From an uncultured Actinomycetes bacterium (lineage in GTDB: Bacteria; Actinomycetota; Thermoleophilia; RBG-16-64-13): 64,000 nucleotides of DNA. The position numbers and the translations under genes are program-made. The notes beneath the pieces were generated by a model. That model saw only the letters and a program-made list of their open reading frames with translations, did not search any database and had not been told where the DNA came from. Below, one piece after another: positions 30,977 through 40,929 of this stretch (its first letter is position 1; every line of letters begins with the position of its first letter). Where the stretch lies: assembly GCA_963784835.1 (NCBI GenBank), contig CAWASM010000002.1:108930-172929 (forward strand). The letters are read 5' to 3'.

Positions 30977-32098
30977 ATGAAGAAGAACCACTTCAGGATC
31001 GTAGCGACCCTCCTAGCCTGCGCCGTCGTCGTAGTCGTCGCCAGCCTTCTACTGAGCGGGTGCGGTACGGCCATCGCTGCCACCACCAGCAGCAGCCTAG
31101 TCAGCGCCCCCACCATATCGACGTCCACCGAGGGGTTGGGAGCCAGTCCCGCCGAGCAGGTAGCCGCGACGGCGGGCCCTAGCGTGGTTAACGTCCGCGT
31201 CACCGGGACCGCCGCCAGCCCCTTCTTCGGCAACCAGCCGTATGAGGGCGTCGGATCGGGAGTCGTCTACTCTGCCGACGGCTACATCATCACCAACGCA
31301 CACGTTGTCAGCGAGAACGGGACCCCTGCCAGCACCGTCGAGGTGACGTTCAGCACCGGCGAGGCCGTGCCGGCGACCATCGTCGCCACCGATTCGTTCA
31401 CCGACATCGCGGTGATCAAGGTCGCCAAGACCGGCCTCACCCCGGCGACCTTCGCAGATGACGACGGGGTGAAGATCGGCGCATACGCGATCGCCATCGG
31501 TAGCCCGCTCGACTACAGCAACTCCGTCACCCTGGGCATCGTCAGTGGCCTCGGACGCAGCATCGAGAACGCGGGCAGCACCGCACTCGTGGATCTCATC
31601 CAGACCGACGCCGCCATCAGCCCCGGAAACTCCGGTGGCGCTCTCCTGAATGCTCAGGGTCAGGTGATAGGGATCAACGTCGCCTACATGCCGCCAGGCA
31701 CCAGCGGCGCAGAGAACATAGGCTTTGCCATCCCCTCGGGAACAGCCGTGGCCGTGGCTCAGGAGCTGATAGTGAACGGCCACGCCAGTCACGCCTACCT
31801 GGGCATCAGCTACGCCGGTGTGAACGCGGCTATACAGCGGCAGTACAGCCTCGCAATCGACACCGGGGTGCTCGTGACCAGGGTGGACCCGAAGGGCCCG
31901 GCCACCAAGGCGGGGCTGCAGGCGGGTGACATCATCACCAAGCTCGACAGCAAGACCGTGGCCTCAGAGAGCGACATGATCATCACGCTAAGAGAGCTCA
32001 AGGCGGGCGACCAGGTGGCGGTGACCGTCAATCGCGACGGCAAGAGCGTCGACCTCAATATCACCGTAGGTGAGGCGTCTGCCTCGCCCACGTCGTAG
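30977..32098 (+). CDS. S1C (HtrA/DegP-like) serine protease lipoprotein with C-terminal PDZ domain
   Basis: Lipobox LLLSGCG; catalytic GDSGGAL-type motif (SPGNSGGALL); PDZ-like C-terminus; intact 373 aa. Confidence 0.75.
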   Translation: MKKNHFRIVATLLACAVVVVVASLLLSGCGTAIAATTSSSLVSAPTISTSTEGLGASPAEQVAATAGPSVVNVRVTGTAASPFFGNQPYEGVGSGVVYSADGYIITNAHVVSENGTPASTVEVTFSTGEAVPATIVATDSFTDIAVIKVAKTGLTPATFADDDGVKIGAYAIAIGSPLDYSNSVTLGIVSGLGRSIENAGSTALVDLIQTDAAISPGNSGGALLNAQGQVIGINVAYMPPGTSGAENIGFAIPSGTAVAVAQELIVNGHASHAYLGISYAGVNAAIQRQYSLAIDTGVLVTRVDPKGPATKAGLQAGDIITKLDSKTVASESDMIITLRELKAGDQVAVTVNRDGKSVDLNITVGEASASPTS

Positions 32099-32122
32099 CG
32101 CAAGCGACTTCTCGGCGCACCA

Positions 32123-32154
32123 GAGAAAAGGCCCGGTCTTCCGGGCCTTTTCTC
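32123..32154. terminator. Bidirectional rho-independent terminator between convergent htrA and nrpR-like genes
   Basis: GAGAAAAGGCCCGG tctt CCGGGCCTTTTCTC, perfect palindrome with T/A tracts on both sides. Confidence 0.65.
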
Positions 32155-32186
32155 TGATAGTGGCGTAGCTGGATGCGCGAGCGCGC

Positions 32187-33197
32187 TCAGTCTAGTAGAC
32201 GGGCGCGATCACCAAGCTCCTCGTAGCGGAACAGCCGCCCGTAGTCCAGCAGGCCGGCCAGCGCCCCAGTGCGGAACACCGGGATGCCCTTCTCCTCTAG
32301 GATGGCCACCGGATTGAGTCCGCCCACCACAACAACGCCGAGGCGGCCTTCACTCACCGGGATCTCGAGCAGCGGGCGCCCTGGCCAGCCGACCAAGTGG
32401 ATGGCGCCCAGACCGACCTGCTCCATCTGGCGACCGAGATCCAGCACGTGGTCACGACTGTCGGCAGGCACCTCCCTGAAACTGGCGCCGATGAGGCCGT
32501 TGCCCGTCCGCGTGGCCCCCACGTAGTCGGTCATGACGCTGCGGATGAAGATTTCCAACGGGTCCAAGGTCGTCCCGTCGTAGTTGATCCACTCGGCGAA
32601 GCGGGTGGCTCTGTGCTCGCGCATCTCCAGCAGTCCCCCAAAACGAGAGTTGGTGGGGATGCCGTGGGCCACCAGCACGCCGTTCACCGTGATCGAGCAG
32701 ACGGTGGCTATGCCCACGCTGCCCTCAGGCACGGCCATCTGCCCTACGCTCTCTCCCGGCTGCAGCAGCGCGACCAGCTTGCCCATTGCGTAGCCGGCGG
32801 TGAACACCTGGCTCATGAGGGGGATGGACCGCTCGAGCTGGTCTCTGGGGATGACGCTCACATTCACCACGACCGTGCCCGTCTTCTTGAGAAGATCGAA
32901 GTTCATCTTGTAGGTCATTTGATCGATCTTGGCCGACAGGATGCCGACCTTCTCGAAGCCCCTGGACGTGTCAAGCTCGCTCAGGCCCCGCGGTGTGATA
33001 GCCCGCCCATTGCGGCCCAGGTTCTGCGTAAGACCCACCTTGTCCATGTCGAGCAGATGAAAGCGAACAGTCCTCTCGCTGACATCGTGGCCCATCGCTG
33101 AGAGCCGCTCCGTGATCTTGGAGCTGCCCAGCGGCCCTGCGGCCTCGCGGAGAATCCGCAGGATAGCGAGACGCTTCTCTTCGGTCCTCTCTCTCAT
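32187..33197 (-). CDS. NrpR-like nitrogen regulator (winged HTH plus two DUF128 domains)
   Basis: MRERTEEKRLAILRILREAAGPLGSSKITERLSAMGHDVSERTVRFHLLDMDKVGL then two DUF128-like halves; start at the internal Met of ORF 32187..33368. Confidence 0.55.
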   Translation of the reverse strand: MRERTEEKRLAILRILREAAGPLGSSKITERLSAMGHDVSERTVRFHLLDMDKVGLTQNLGRNGRAITPRGLSELDTSRGFEKVGILSAKIDQMTYKMNFDLLKKTGTVVVNVSVIPRDQLERSIPLMSQVFTAGYAMGKLVALLQPGESVGQMAVPEGSVGIATVCSITVNGVLVAHGIPTNSRFGGLLEMREHRATRFAEWINYDGTTLDPLEIFIRSVMTDYVGATRTGNGLIGASFREVPADSRDHVLDLGRQMEQVGLGAIHLVGWPGRPLLEIPVSEGRLGVVVVGGLNPVAILEEKGIPVFRTGALAGLLDYGRLFRYEELGDRARLLD

Positions 33198-33243
33198 AGG
33201 TGCGAATCTTACCAGGAAATCTGCCAATACCCGCGCCGGTAGC

Positions 33244-33255
33244 GGCAAGTTTGCC
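33244..33255. promoter_or_regulatory. Palindromic GGCAAGTTTGCC site 1 in the nrpR/hnd divergent region (candidate NrpR operator)
   Basis: Second identical site at 33378-33389; resembles the archaeal NrpR operator GGAA-N6-TTCC. Confidence 0.35.
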
Positions 33256-33377
33256 GCTCGCCCGTCAAGGCGCCGCCGAACCAGAAGCGGTGCAACATCG
33301 TGCGCAGCACCCAGTAGGGCGGCTTGCGCCGCCGGAGTGCGGCCGCCTATGAGAACGGCAATTGCCATACTGCTACC

Positions 33378-33389
33378 GGCAAGTTTGCC
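33378..33389. promoter_or_regulatory. Palindromic GGCAAGTTTGCC site 2
   Basis: Both copies share the extended context CGGCAAGTTTGCCGCT. Confidence 0.35.
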
Positions 33390-33672
33390 GCTATTGCCCC
33401 ACTAAGTAGCAACAACACTGGCTGCTTATGTTGCTGTTTGCGCGGACCTGCTGCTACAGTGGCGCGGCAAATCAATGCCGCAACTATGGATGCACGACGC
33501 GCCGGTCTTCAGAACGGGGCTGTGGGACGGAGTTCAAAGGCTCACTCCCTTCTCTCGGCTGGTGGCCGGAGGGTTTGGCAAGTCTCGGCCGGTACGCCTC
33601 GAGGGAGGCGGCGCGCCCATACCGCCCAGCAGGCAGCAAAGCGCATGAAGGTGAGGAGGGCCCGCAGAAAGT

Positions 33673-34188
33673 ATGAAAACGAGCAGCCTCGAAGCGATCC
33701 TAAAGAACCGTGGCACCGAGCCGTTCGCCATCATGGAGGTCCTACACGACGTGCAGGGACAGTACGGGTACCTCCCCGAGGAGGCGCTCCGTCGGGTCTC
33801 CGCCTCGTTCGATATCCCTCTCATCGAAGTATTTCGCCTGGCCAACTTCTACAGGGCGTTCAGCCTCAAACCCCGTGGGCGTCATCTACTGACGGTCTGC
33901 GCGGGCACGGCGTGCCACGTGCGGGGAGCGCCCAGGTTGCTGGACGAGGTGACCGCCCAGCTCAAGGTCCAGCCCGGCGATACCACCGAGGACAGAGCAT
34001 TCACCCTCGAGACCGTCAACTGCCTGGGAGCCTGTGCGCTGGGCCCAGTTGTCGTCGTCGACGGCACCTATCACGACCACATGACTCCGGCCAAGTTGAA
34101 GTCGCTGCTTGGGGATATCCGCGCAGGCGACTCTGCGACGGCCACAGAAGGCCTGGCCGGCAGCATGGAGGTGATCGCCAATGGCTAG
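33673..34188 (+). CDS. NuoE/HndA-like [2Fe-2S] NADH dehydrogenase 24-kDa-type subunit
   Basis: ...VCAGTACHVRGA...VNCLGACALGPVVVVDG. Confidence 0.7.
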   Translation: MKTSSLEAILKNRGTEPFAIMEVLHDVQGQYGYLPEEALRRVSASFDIPLIEVFRLANFYRAFSLKPRGRHLLTVCAGTACHVRGAPRLLDEVTAQLKVQPGDTTEDRAFTLETVNCLGACALGPVVVVDGTYHDHMTPAKLKSLLGDIRAGDSATATEGLAGSMEVIANG

Positions 34189-36025
34189 GCTGCAGAACCC
34201 TGAAGCCCTGACGTCATTCAGGGACGTGCTGGCAAGGGAGCGACAGGCTTGGCCCATGCGCATCACGCTATCGAGCGGCACGTGCGGGGAAGCCTCGGGC
34301 TCACTCGCAGTCCTTCAAGCCGTGCGTGCGCAGCTCGAGAAGAACGGCCTCGCCGACGAGGTCCATGTGCGCGTGACCGGCTGCCAGGGTTTCTGCCAGC
34401 AGGAGCCGCTGCTCACGGTCGAGCCATTGGACGTCCTGTACTGCAAGGTCACTCCCGAGGACGTCGCTGAGATCGTTTCTGAATCGGTGATGAACAGCCG
34501 GGTGGTCGAGAGGCTCTGCTACACCGACGAGACCACCGGTCGGACCACGCGCGCGCCCGCCGACCTGCCCTTCTTCGCGAAGCAAGACCGGGAACTGATC
34601 GGCCGAAACCGGCTAGTCGATCCCTGTGATATCGGGGACTACATCGCTTCCGGAGGTTACTCGGCATTGACCCGCGTCCTGACCATGGACCCCGAGGCCG
34701 TGATCGCCGAGATCAAGCTGTCAGGCCTGCGCGGCCGCGGGGGCGGCGGATACTCGACTGCCCGGAAGTGGGAGCAGTGCCGGCGCGCCCCCGGCAACGA
34801 GCGCTACGTGGTCTGCAACGCCGACGAGGGTGACCCCGGAGCCTATATGGACCGCGGGCTGCTCGAAGGCAATCCGCATTCCGTGCTCGAGGGGATGATG
34901 ATCGGCGCCTATGCCGTCGGCTCGAACCAGGGCTACGTGTACGTGCGGAACGAGTATCCCCTGGCCGTGATCAACACCCGCGAGGCAATCGAGCGAGCGC
35001 GGAGCCTCGGCCTCCTGGGCGACGACATCCTGGGCACCGGTTTCAGCTTCGACATCAAGGTGGCTCGCGGCGGTGGAGCCTTCATCTGCGGCGAGTCCAC
35101 CGCGCTCATGGCTTCGCTCGAAGGCGAGGTCGGCGAGCCCAGGCCCAAGGACGTCCACACGGTCGAACGCGGCTATCTCGATCTGCCGACCGCTCTCAAC
35201 AACGTGGAGACCTGGGCGAACGTGCCCCACATCATCCTGAAGGGGGCAACTTGGTTCGCGGGCAAGGGCACAGCGCAGAGCAAGGGCACCAAGGTCTTCG
35301 CCCTTACCGGCCACGTGAAGAACACAGGGCTAGTGGAGGTCGAGATGGGCACGACGCTCAGGCAGATCATCTTCGACATCGGCGGCGGTGCCCAGAACGG
35401 CAGAGCCATCAAAGCGGTGCAGACGGGTGGACCGTCGGGTGGCTGCCTGCCGGTCTCTCAGTTCGACCTCCCCGTTGACTACGAGGCCCTCGCCGCGGCT
35501 GGCTCCATGATGGGCTCGGGCGGCATGGTGGTCATGGACGAATCGGCCTGCATGGTCGATGTGGCCAAGTACTTCCTCCACTTCCTCAAGGAGGAGTCGT
35601 GCGGCAAGTGCGTGCCCTGCCGGCTCGGCACCGACCGGATGCTCGAGATCCTCACCGACATCACCGAGGGTCGTGGCAACACCGGGCAACTTGACACCCT
35701 CAAGGACTTGGCCTGGACGATGTCTGTCGGCTCGCTCTGCGCCCTGGGCAAGACCGCTCCCAACCCGGTTCTCTCGACCTTGCGCTACTTCGAGGACGAG
35801 TACCAGGCCCACATCAAAGACCACCGCTGCCCCGCCGGGGTCTGCAAGTCACTCGTGAAGTACGAGATCGACCCTGATCTGTGCGCAATGTGTGGAACGT
35901 GTGCTGATGCCTGTTCCCAAGGCGCCATCTTCGAGGACGACGCCTACCGCATAGACCCGGCCCTTTGTGAGGGATGCGGAGTGTGCGTTGAGTCGTGCCC
36001 CTCCGAAGCCATAAGCAGAGTCTGA
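34181..36025 (+). CDS. NuoF/HndC-like NAD(H)-binding FMN Fe-S subunit with N-terminal thioredoxin-like domain and C-terminal 2x[4Fe-4S]
   Basis: GRGGGGY(S)[49 protein letters not shown]; intact 614 aa. Confidence 0.75.
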   Translation: MARLQNPEALTSFRDVLARERQAWPMRITLSSGTCGEASGSLAVLQAVRAQLEKNGLADEVHVRVTGCQGFCQQEPLLTVEPLDVLYCKVTPEDVAEIVSESVMNSRVVERLCYTDETTGRTTRAPADLPFFAKQDRELIGRNRLVDPCDIGDYIASGGYSALTRVLTMDPEAVIAEIKLSGLRGRGGGGYSTARKWEQCRRAPGNERYVVCNADEGDPGAYMDRGLLEGNPHSVLEGMMIGAYAVGSNQGYVYVRNEYPLAVINTREAIERARSLGLLGDDILGTGFSFDIKVARGGGAFICGESTALMASLEGEVGEPRPKDVHTVERGYLDLPTALNNVETWANVPHIILKGATWFAGKGTAQSKGTKVFALTGHVKNTGLVEVEMGTTLRQIIFDIGGGAQNGRAIKAVQTGGPSGGCLPVSQFDLPVDYEALAAAGSMMGSGGMVVMDESACMVDVAKYFLHFLKEESCGKCVPCRLGTDRMLEILTDITEGRGNTGQLDTLKDLAWTMSVGSLCALGKTAPNPVLSTLRYFEDEYQAHIKDHRCPAGVCKSLVKYEIDPDLCAMCGTCADACSQGAIFEDDAYRIDPALCEGCGVCVESCPSEAISRV

Positions 36026-36035
36026 GAGGTCATAC

Positions 36036-36740
36036 ATGGCAAATATGGTGACCATAACTGTCGACGGGGCCCAGATCCAGACACCTGAGGGCTCCAGCGT
36101 GCTGGAGGCGGCCCTCGAGGCAGGCATCTGCATCCCCAATCTGTGTCACATGCCCGGCGTCAGCCCTATCGGGGCCTGCCGGGTGTGCATCGTCGAAGTG
36201 GTGGAGAACGGCGGGCGCAAGATGACAGCGTCGTGCACGTTGGAGGCCAGAGAGGGCCTGGTGGTGGAGGCGCACTCCGAAGCAGTCGTGCGCGCCCGGC
36301 ACAACATCGTCGAGCTCCTCCTGGCCGAGGCTCCAAACTCACGCGCCATCCAGGACCTGGCCGCGCGGGTGGGAGTGACCCGGTCGCGCTACCCCATGCG
36401 CAACAACGACTGCGTCCTCTGCGGCAAATGTGTGCGCATCTGTGGCGAGGTATGGCAGTCTCACTCCCTTGGCTTCGTGGGCCGAGGTGGCGACCGGCGC
36501 GTGGCCCTGCCCTTCGACAAGCGACCCGACCTCTGCAAGCGCTGCAACAACTGCGTGGAGGTCTGTCCCATGACCATCACCCCCTGCCCAGGCCCCCAGG
36601 CAGAACCGGGCATCTGCGGGTTTTGCGAATCCCAGACGACCATGGTCGAGAACATCCCCGACACGTGCGTCATGTGCGAACTGGGCCGAGGCTTCCAGTG
36701 CGTGCGGTGGCAGCTGCGCGGGGTCTTGGCCGAGAACTAG
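36036..36740 (+). CDS. NuoG-N-terminal/HndD-N-like [2Fe-2S]+[4Fe-4S] ferredoxin subunit
   Basis: ITVDGAQIQTPEGSSVLEAALEAGICIPNLCH...GACRVC; CVLCGKCVRIC; CKRCNNCVEVCP. Confidence 0.65.
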   Translation: MANMVTITVDGAQIQTPEGSSVLEAALEAGICIPNLCHMPGVSPIGACRVCIVEVVENGGRKMTASCTLEAREGLVVEAHSEAVVRARHNIVELLLAEAPNSRAIQDLAARVGVTRSRYPMRNNDCVLCGKCVRICGEVWQSHSLGFVGRGGDRRVALPFDKRPDLCKRCNNCVEVCPMTITPCPGPQAEPGICGFCESQTTMVENIPDTCVMCELGRGFQCVRWQLRGVLAEN

Positions 36741-36795
36741 TGACAACCGGTAAAGAGTCGAGTGATCCGTCGCTGACGATAAGAAGGAGCTCCTC

Positions 36796-38389
36796 GTGAA
36801 TCTACAGCAACCCAATGCGAACGACGTCTCCCAGACGTCCAACCGCTCTCGTAGCGTGGTACCCGGCTCTGGACTCTGCACCCGCTGCATCGACGGTTGC
36901 CGCGGCAACTGCGAGGTGTTCCAGGCCACCTTCCGCGGACGGGAGGTCATCTACCCAGGCCCGTTCGGCTCCATCACAGCCGGCGGCGACAAAGACTACC
37001 CGGTGGACTACTCGCACCTGAACATCCAGGGCTATGCCCTTGGCGGGGAAGGCCTGCCCGAGGGCGTTGTGGCCAATCCTGACACCTGCACCTTCCCCGA
37101 CGTCAACGTAGGGACCGAATACGGGTGGGACCTCAAGGTGAAGATGCTGGCGCCCATGTTCACCGGGGCCCTGGGCTCCACCGAGATTGCCCGCAGGAAC
37201 TGGGAGCACTTCGCGACGGGGGCGGCCATCAGCGGCGTGACCTGTGTGTGCGGCGAGAACGTCTGCGGAATCGACCCGGCGCTCGAACTCGATGCCAACG
37301 GCAAGATCAAGCGGTCGCCCGACATGGATCGCCGCATCGAGATCTACAAGCGCTATCACCGCGGCTACGGCGAGCTCTTGGTGCAGATGAACGTCGAAGA
37401 CACGCGGTTGGGCGTAGCCGAGTACGTGATCGACAAGCACGGCCTCGACACCATCGAACTGAAGTGGGGCCAGGGCGCCAAGTGCATCGGCGGAGAGATC
37501 AAGGTCAACTCGCTCGACCGGGCCCTCGAGCTGCAGAAGCGGGGCTATATTGTCACTCCCGACCCGTCCGACCCCATCACCCAGGCGGCCTTCAAGGACG
37601 GCGCGCTCAAGCAGTTCGAGCGTCACAGCCGCCTCGGCTTCATCGACGAGGAGGGCTTCCTGGCCGAGTGCCAGCGGCTGCGCAACCTGGGCTACAAGCG
37701 CATCACCCTCAAGACGGGCGCCTATGGTCTGCGCGAACTGGCGATGGCGCTCAAATGGGGCAGCGACGCCAAGATCGACCTGCTCACCATCGACGGCGCT
37801 CCCGGCGGCACCGGCATGAGCCCGTGGCGCATGATGGAGGAGTGGGGCATGCCCAGCCTCTACCTGCACTCCGCCGCGGCCGAGTTCGCCGCCAAGCTGA
37901 CAGCCCTGGGCAAGCGGGTGCCCGATCTGGCCTTCGGCGGCGGCTTCAGCGCCGAAGACCATATCTTCAAGGCCCTAGCTCTGGGTTCGCCCTTCGTCAA
38001 AGCGGTCTGCATGGGCCGAGCTCTCATGATCCCAGGCATGGTGGGCAAGAACGCCGGCGCTGTGGATGAACAACGGTGGACTGCCCAAGACTGTCGGTCA
38101 GTACGGCAACACCGCCGAAGAGATCTTCGTCTGCTGGGAGGAAGTCTCCGACATCGTCGGCAAGGACGAGATGAAGAGCTTCCCGCTCGGCGCCGTGGGT
38201 TTCTACTCCTATGCCCAGAAGCTCAGGGTGGGGCTCCAGCAGTTGATGGCCGGCGCGCGGGCGTTCAACGTCCAGTCCATCAAACGCGACGACCTCATGA
38301 GTCTCACCCAAGAGTGCGCTCAGGTCACGGGCATCCCCTACCTCATGGAGGCGTACCGCGCCGAGGCCGAGGCGATCCTGAACAGCTAG
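36796..38389 (+). CDS. Glutamate-synthase (GltB) FMN-domain family oxidoreductase with N-terminal Cys cluster; frameshift near 38060
   Basis: CTRCIDGCRGNCEV; GltS FMN-domain core ...DLLTIDGAPGGTGMSPW...; C-terminus recovered in the 38066..38389 frame. Confidence 0.6.
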
Positions 38390-38503
38390 GAGATCACAGC
38401 GAGCCGGTCGGGAGAGCGGCGACAATACCGTAGAGACAGAAATGCCGGCTCAAAGGCCGGCGTTTCGTAATCCAGCCTGCGAAACCGGCCGTGAGCCGCT
38501 CAC

Positions 38504-39527
38504 TCAGTGCGTCGGACCGTAGGACCAAGTGTCCGTGTACAGCCACTCGTCGTTGTCGCCTCCGAAGAGGATCCACTTGTGGGCGCCGATGGCGTAGACC
38601 ATGCAGTGACCGGCGCGGCCGGACGGCAGCTCACCCGCGGGGCTCAACTCCGTCCAGTTGCCGGTGGCGGGGTTGAACGACCACGTGTCTTGCTTGATCT
38701 CTCCCACATGTTCATTCCCACCAAAGAGGATCGCCCTCGTACCGGCGGAGTTGTAGGCCAGGGCCGTGTATGCACGTTCGGACGGCTTGGCGCCGGCGGG
38801 GCTGAGTGGTATCCAGACGTTGCCGTCGGGGTCGTACACGCAAGTGTCGCCAAAACCCTCGCTACCCTCCCCTCCAAACAGGGTCGCCCTGCCGCTGCCC
38901 GGGTTGAAGGCAATGGCCGCGTTCTGGCGTGCGGAAGGTACGCTGCCGCCGGGAGTAAGCTGGGTCCACGTGTTGGCCGCGGGGTCATAGGCCCAGAGAT
39001 CGTTGAGCACCGTGCTACCGTGCGATCCTCCAAAGACGTACATCTTTGCCGTGCCGGGGTCAAAGAAGGCGCAATGGCGGTCGCGACGATGGGGGGCCGC
39101 CCGTAGGACTGAGTTGAGTCCAGGTGTCGGTGGGGGGGCTGTACGCCCAGAGATCGTTGAGATCACTCACCCAGTTCGACCCGCCGAACATGACCACTCG
39201 GCCGGTCTTCGGGTTGCAGGCCATGGCCGCAAGATCGCGGCCGGGCGGTGTGGGGCCACCGGGATCGAGGTTGGTCCATATGCTGGGTCCCGGCGGCGTG
39301 GTGGTGCCACTGGTCGCGGGCGACGCGGTTGTCTCGGGGGATGCGGTCGTCGTCACCTCGGGCGCCGTGGTAGTGCCAGACACCTCACTTGAGGATGTGA
39401 CAGTGACGCCCGTGGTGCCAGTGACCTGCTCTGTCGTCGTGGTAGTCGCCAAGTCCCCGCATCCGCCGACCCCCGACGCGATTGCGCCGCACAGCACGAG
39501 AATGACAGCAAGCCTCCATCGATTCAT
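38504..39527 (-). CDS. Kelch-repeat beta-propeller lipoprotein (frameshift near 39120)
   Basis: Lipobox GVGGCG; Thr-rich linker; repeated ...LNDLWAY..P..TWT.L.P.G..P..R... Kelch units. Confidence 0.55.
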
Positions 39528-39670
39528 GACGAGCTCCCCAATCTCCCAGTGGACCGACCCACGTGGCTGCTACGCCCCTCCATCATAGCGCCGGAGGCGG
39601 TAGGCACAAGCAGCCGGGCGTGAGTGTCGGGTCCGCGGCCGCGGGGCGTCGCCGAACTCGCCAGACAGAA

Positions 39671-39702
39671 CAAAAAAAGACGCCGGCCCGAAGGCCGGCG
39701 TC
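39671..39702 (-). terminator. Rho-independent terminator downstream of the RRM-protein gene
   Basis: Minus strand GACGCCGGCC ttcg GGCCGGCGTC followed by TTTTTTTG. Confidence 0.7.
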
Positions 39703-39752
39703 TCGTCGTCCAGCGTCTGGAACCGGCCAAATGGCCGGTCGCAGTGTGACTA

Positions 39753-40130
39753 CTACCAGCGGTTACCGCCGCCGCCACCGAAGCCACCGCGGCTTCCGCC
39801 GCCGCCACCACCGTAGCCACCGCCGCCGCCACCGCCGTAGCCACCACCGGAACGAGGGGCGCGAGCCACCTGCTCCTTGGCAACGTCGACTTTGAGGGCG
39901 CGGCCGTCCATCTGGGTGCCGTCAAGAGCGGCTTTGGCCTTCTGCGCTTCGTCGGGTGATCCCATCTCCACGAAACCGAAGCCCTTGGGGCGGCCGGTGT
40001 CACGGTCGGTGATCAGGGCTACCGAGGTCACTTCGCCGTGAGCTTCGAACGCGGTCCTGATAGCGGCTTCGGACGTCTCATAGCTGAGATTGCCCACGTA
40101 CAATTTTGCTGAATTCACTACAGCCTCCAT
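39753..40130 (-). CDS. Glycine-rich RNA-binding protein (RRM domain)
   Basis: KLYVGNLSY (RNP2) and KGFGFVEM (RNP1); GGYGGGGGGGY tail. Confidence 0.7.
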   Translation of the reverse strand: MEAVVNSAKLYVGNLSYETSEAAIRTAFEAHGEVTSVALITDRDTGRPKGFGFVEMGSPDEAQKAKAALDGTQMDGRALKVDVAKEQVARAPRSGGGYGGGGGGGYGGGGGGSRGGFGGGGGNRW

Positions 40131-40309
40131 GAACGGAGTTACATTGCGACAAACGAGAGGGAAAGACTGGAGACTGAGCGAGGAGGTTGAGAGACTCGGC
40201 GCTGTGCCTGAAGCAGATTCCTGACGAATGCTTGGCCGGAGTATAGCACGCGACCGCTCCGCGCGTGGTAGAGTCCCTTCAGGCTATGCTCACGAAGGGA
40301 GGCAGCTAG

Positions 40310-40581
40310 TGAGCAGCTATAAGGAAGTGCGCTACGTGGTGTCTCGTCTGTTGGATCCTGAAGATCTCGAGAGTGCCCGCGATCCCATTGGTTGGCACCC
40401 TTACCTGGATCTTGCCAAGAAGCACGCCGACCGTATGGGAGCAGGCACCTGCGTTGACGCCGAGGGGGGCACCTACCACCTGGACGGCCCCTACAGACGG
40501 CGCGGTCAATGGCAGACCGAATGGACCAACCGCAATCTCTACCAGGGCGGCATCAAGCGAAGTCGCTTGCCCGAAGTCTAG
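40310..40581 (+). CDS. Hypothetical protein
   Basis: GTG start after a GGAGG RBS; no recognisable domain. Confidence 0.3.
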
Positions 40582-40703
40582 GCCATGCGGCGCCCCCGTG
40601 CGCCGGGGTGGTACACTCCAATGTATCTACTTGTCTATTAGGCTAGCTCCTGGCCACCCGCCTGAGGCTCCGGCACCGCTGACATACGAGAGGAAACCCT
40701 GTA

Positions 40704-40898
40704 ATGAGGATCGAGATCCGCGAGGCAGAATCATCGACGTCCGAGCGGCCGCTGTGGCTCTGGAGAGTATGGTGCAACGGCCGCATGTCCCAGGGATTCA
40801 GTCCCACCGAAAGCGAGGCCACCGCCCAGGTGAAACTCGAGCAGTCGCGCTTGGGCCATTGCTGGGCACCCGCCCCCGGTCCCGGGAGATACAACTAG
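40704..40898 (+). CDS. Hypothetical small protein
   Basis: ORF with GAGGAAA RBS; no domain recognised. Confidence 0.2.
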   Translation: MRIEIREAESSTSERPLWLWRVWCNGRMSQGFSPTESEATAQVKLEQSRLGHCWAPAPGPGRYN

Positions 40899-40929
40899 GG
40901 GCGTATACGACGGGAGAGGAGCCACTCGG

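Noticed and set aside
33324-34211. 295-aa ORF spanning the nrpR/hnd intergenic region and hndA
   Set aside because: Low-complexity Arg/Gly/Ala translation that overlaps the well-supported NuoE-like gene. The region is more likely a non-coding leader with operator sites.
38400-38500. Hairpin GCCGGCTCAAAGGCCGGC between convergent gltB-like and Kelch genes as a strong terminator
   Set aside because: The stem is short and no clear U-tract follows. It may well terminate, but support is weaker than for the hairpins at 32123 and 39671, so it is not listed as a feature.
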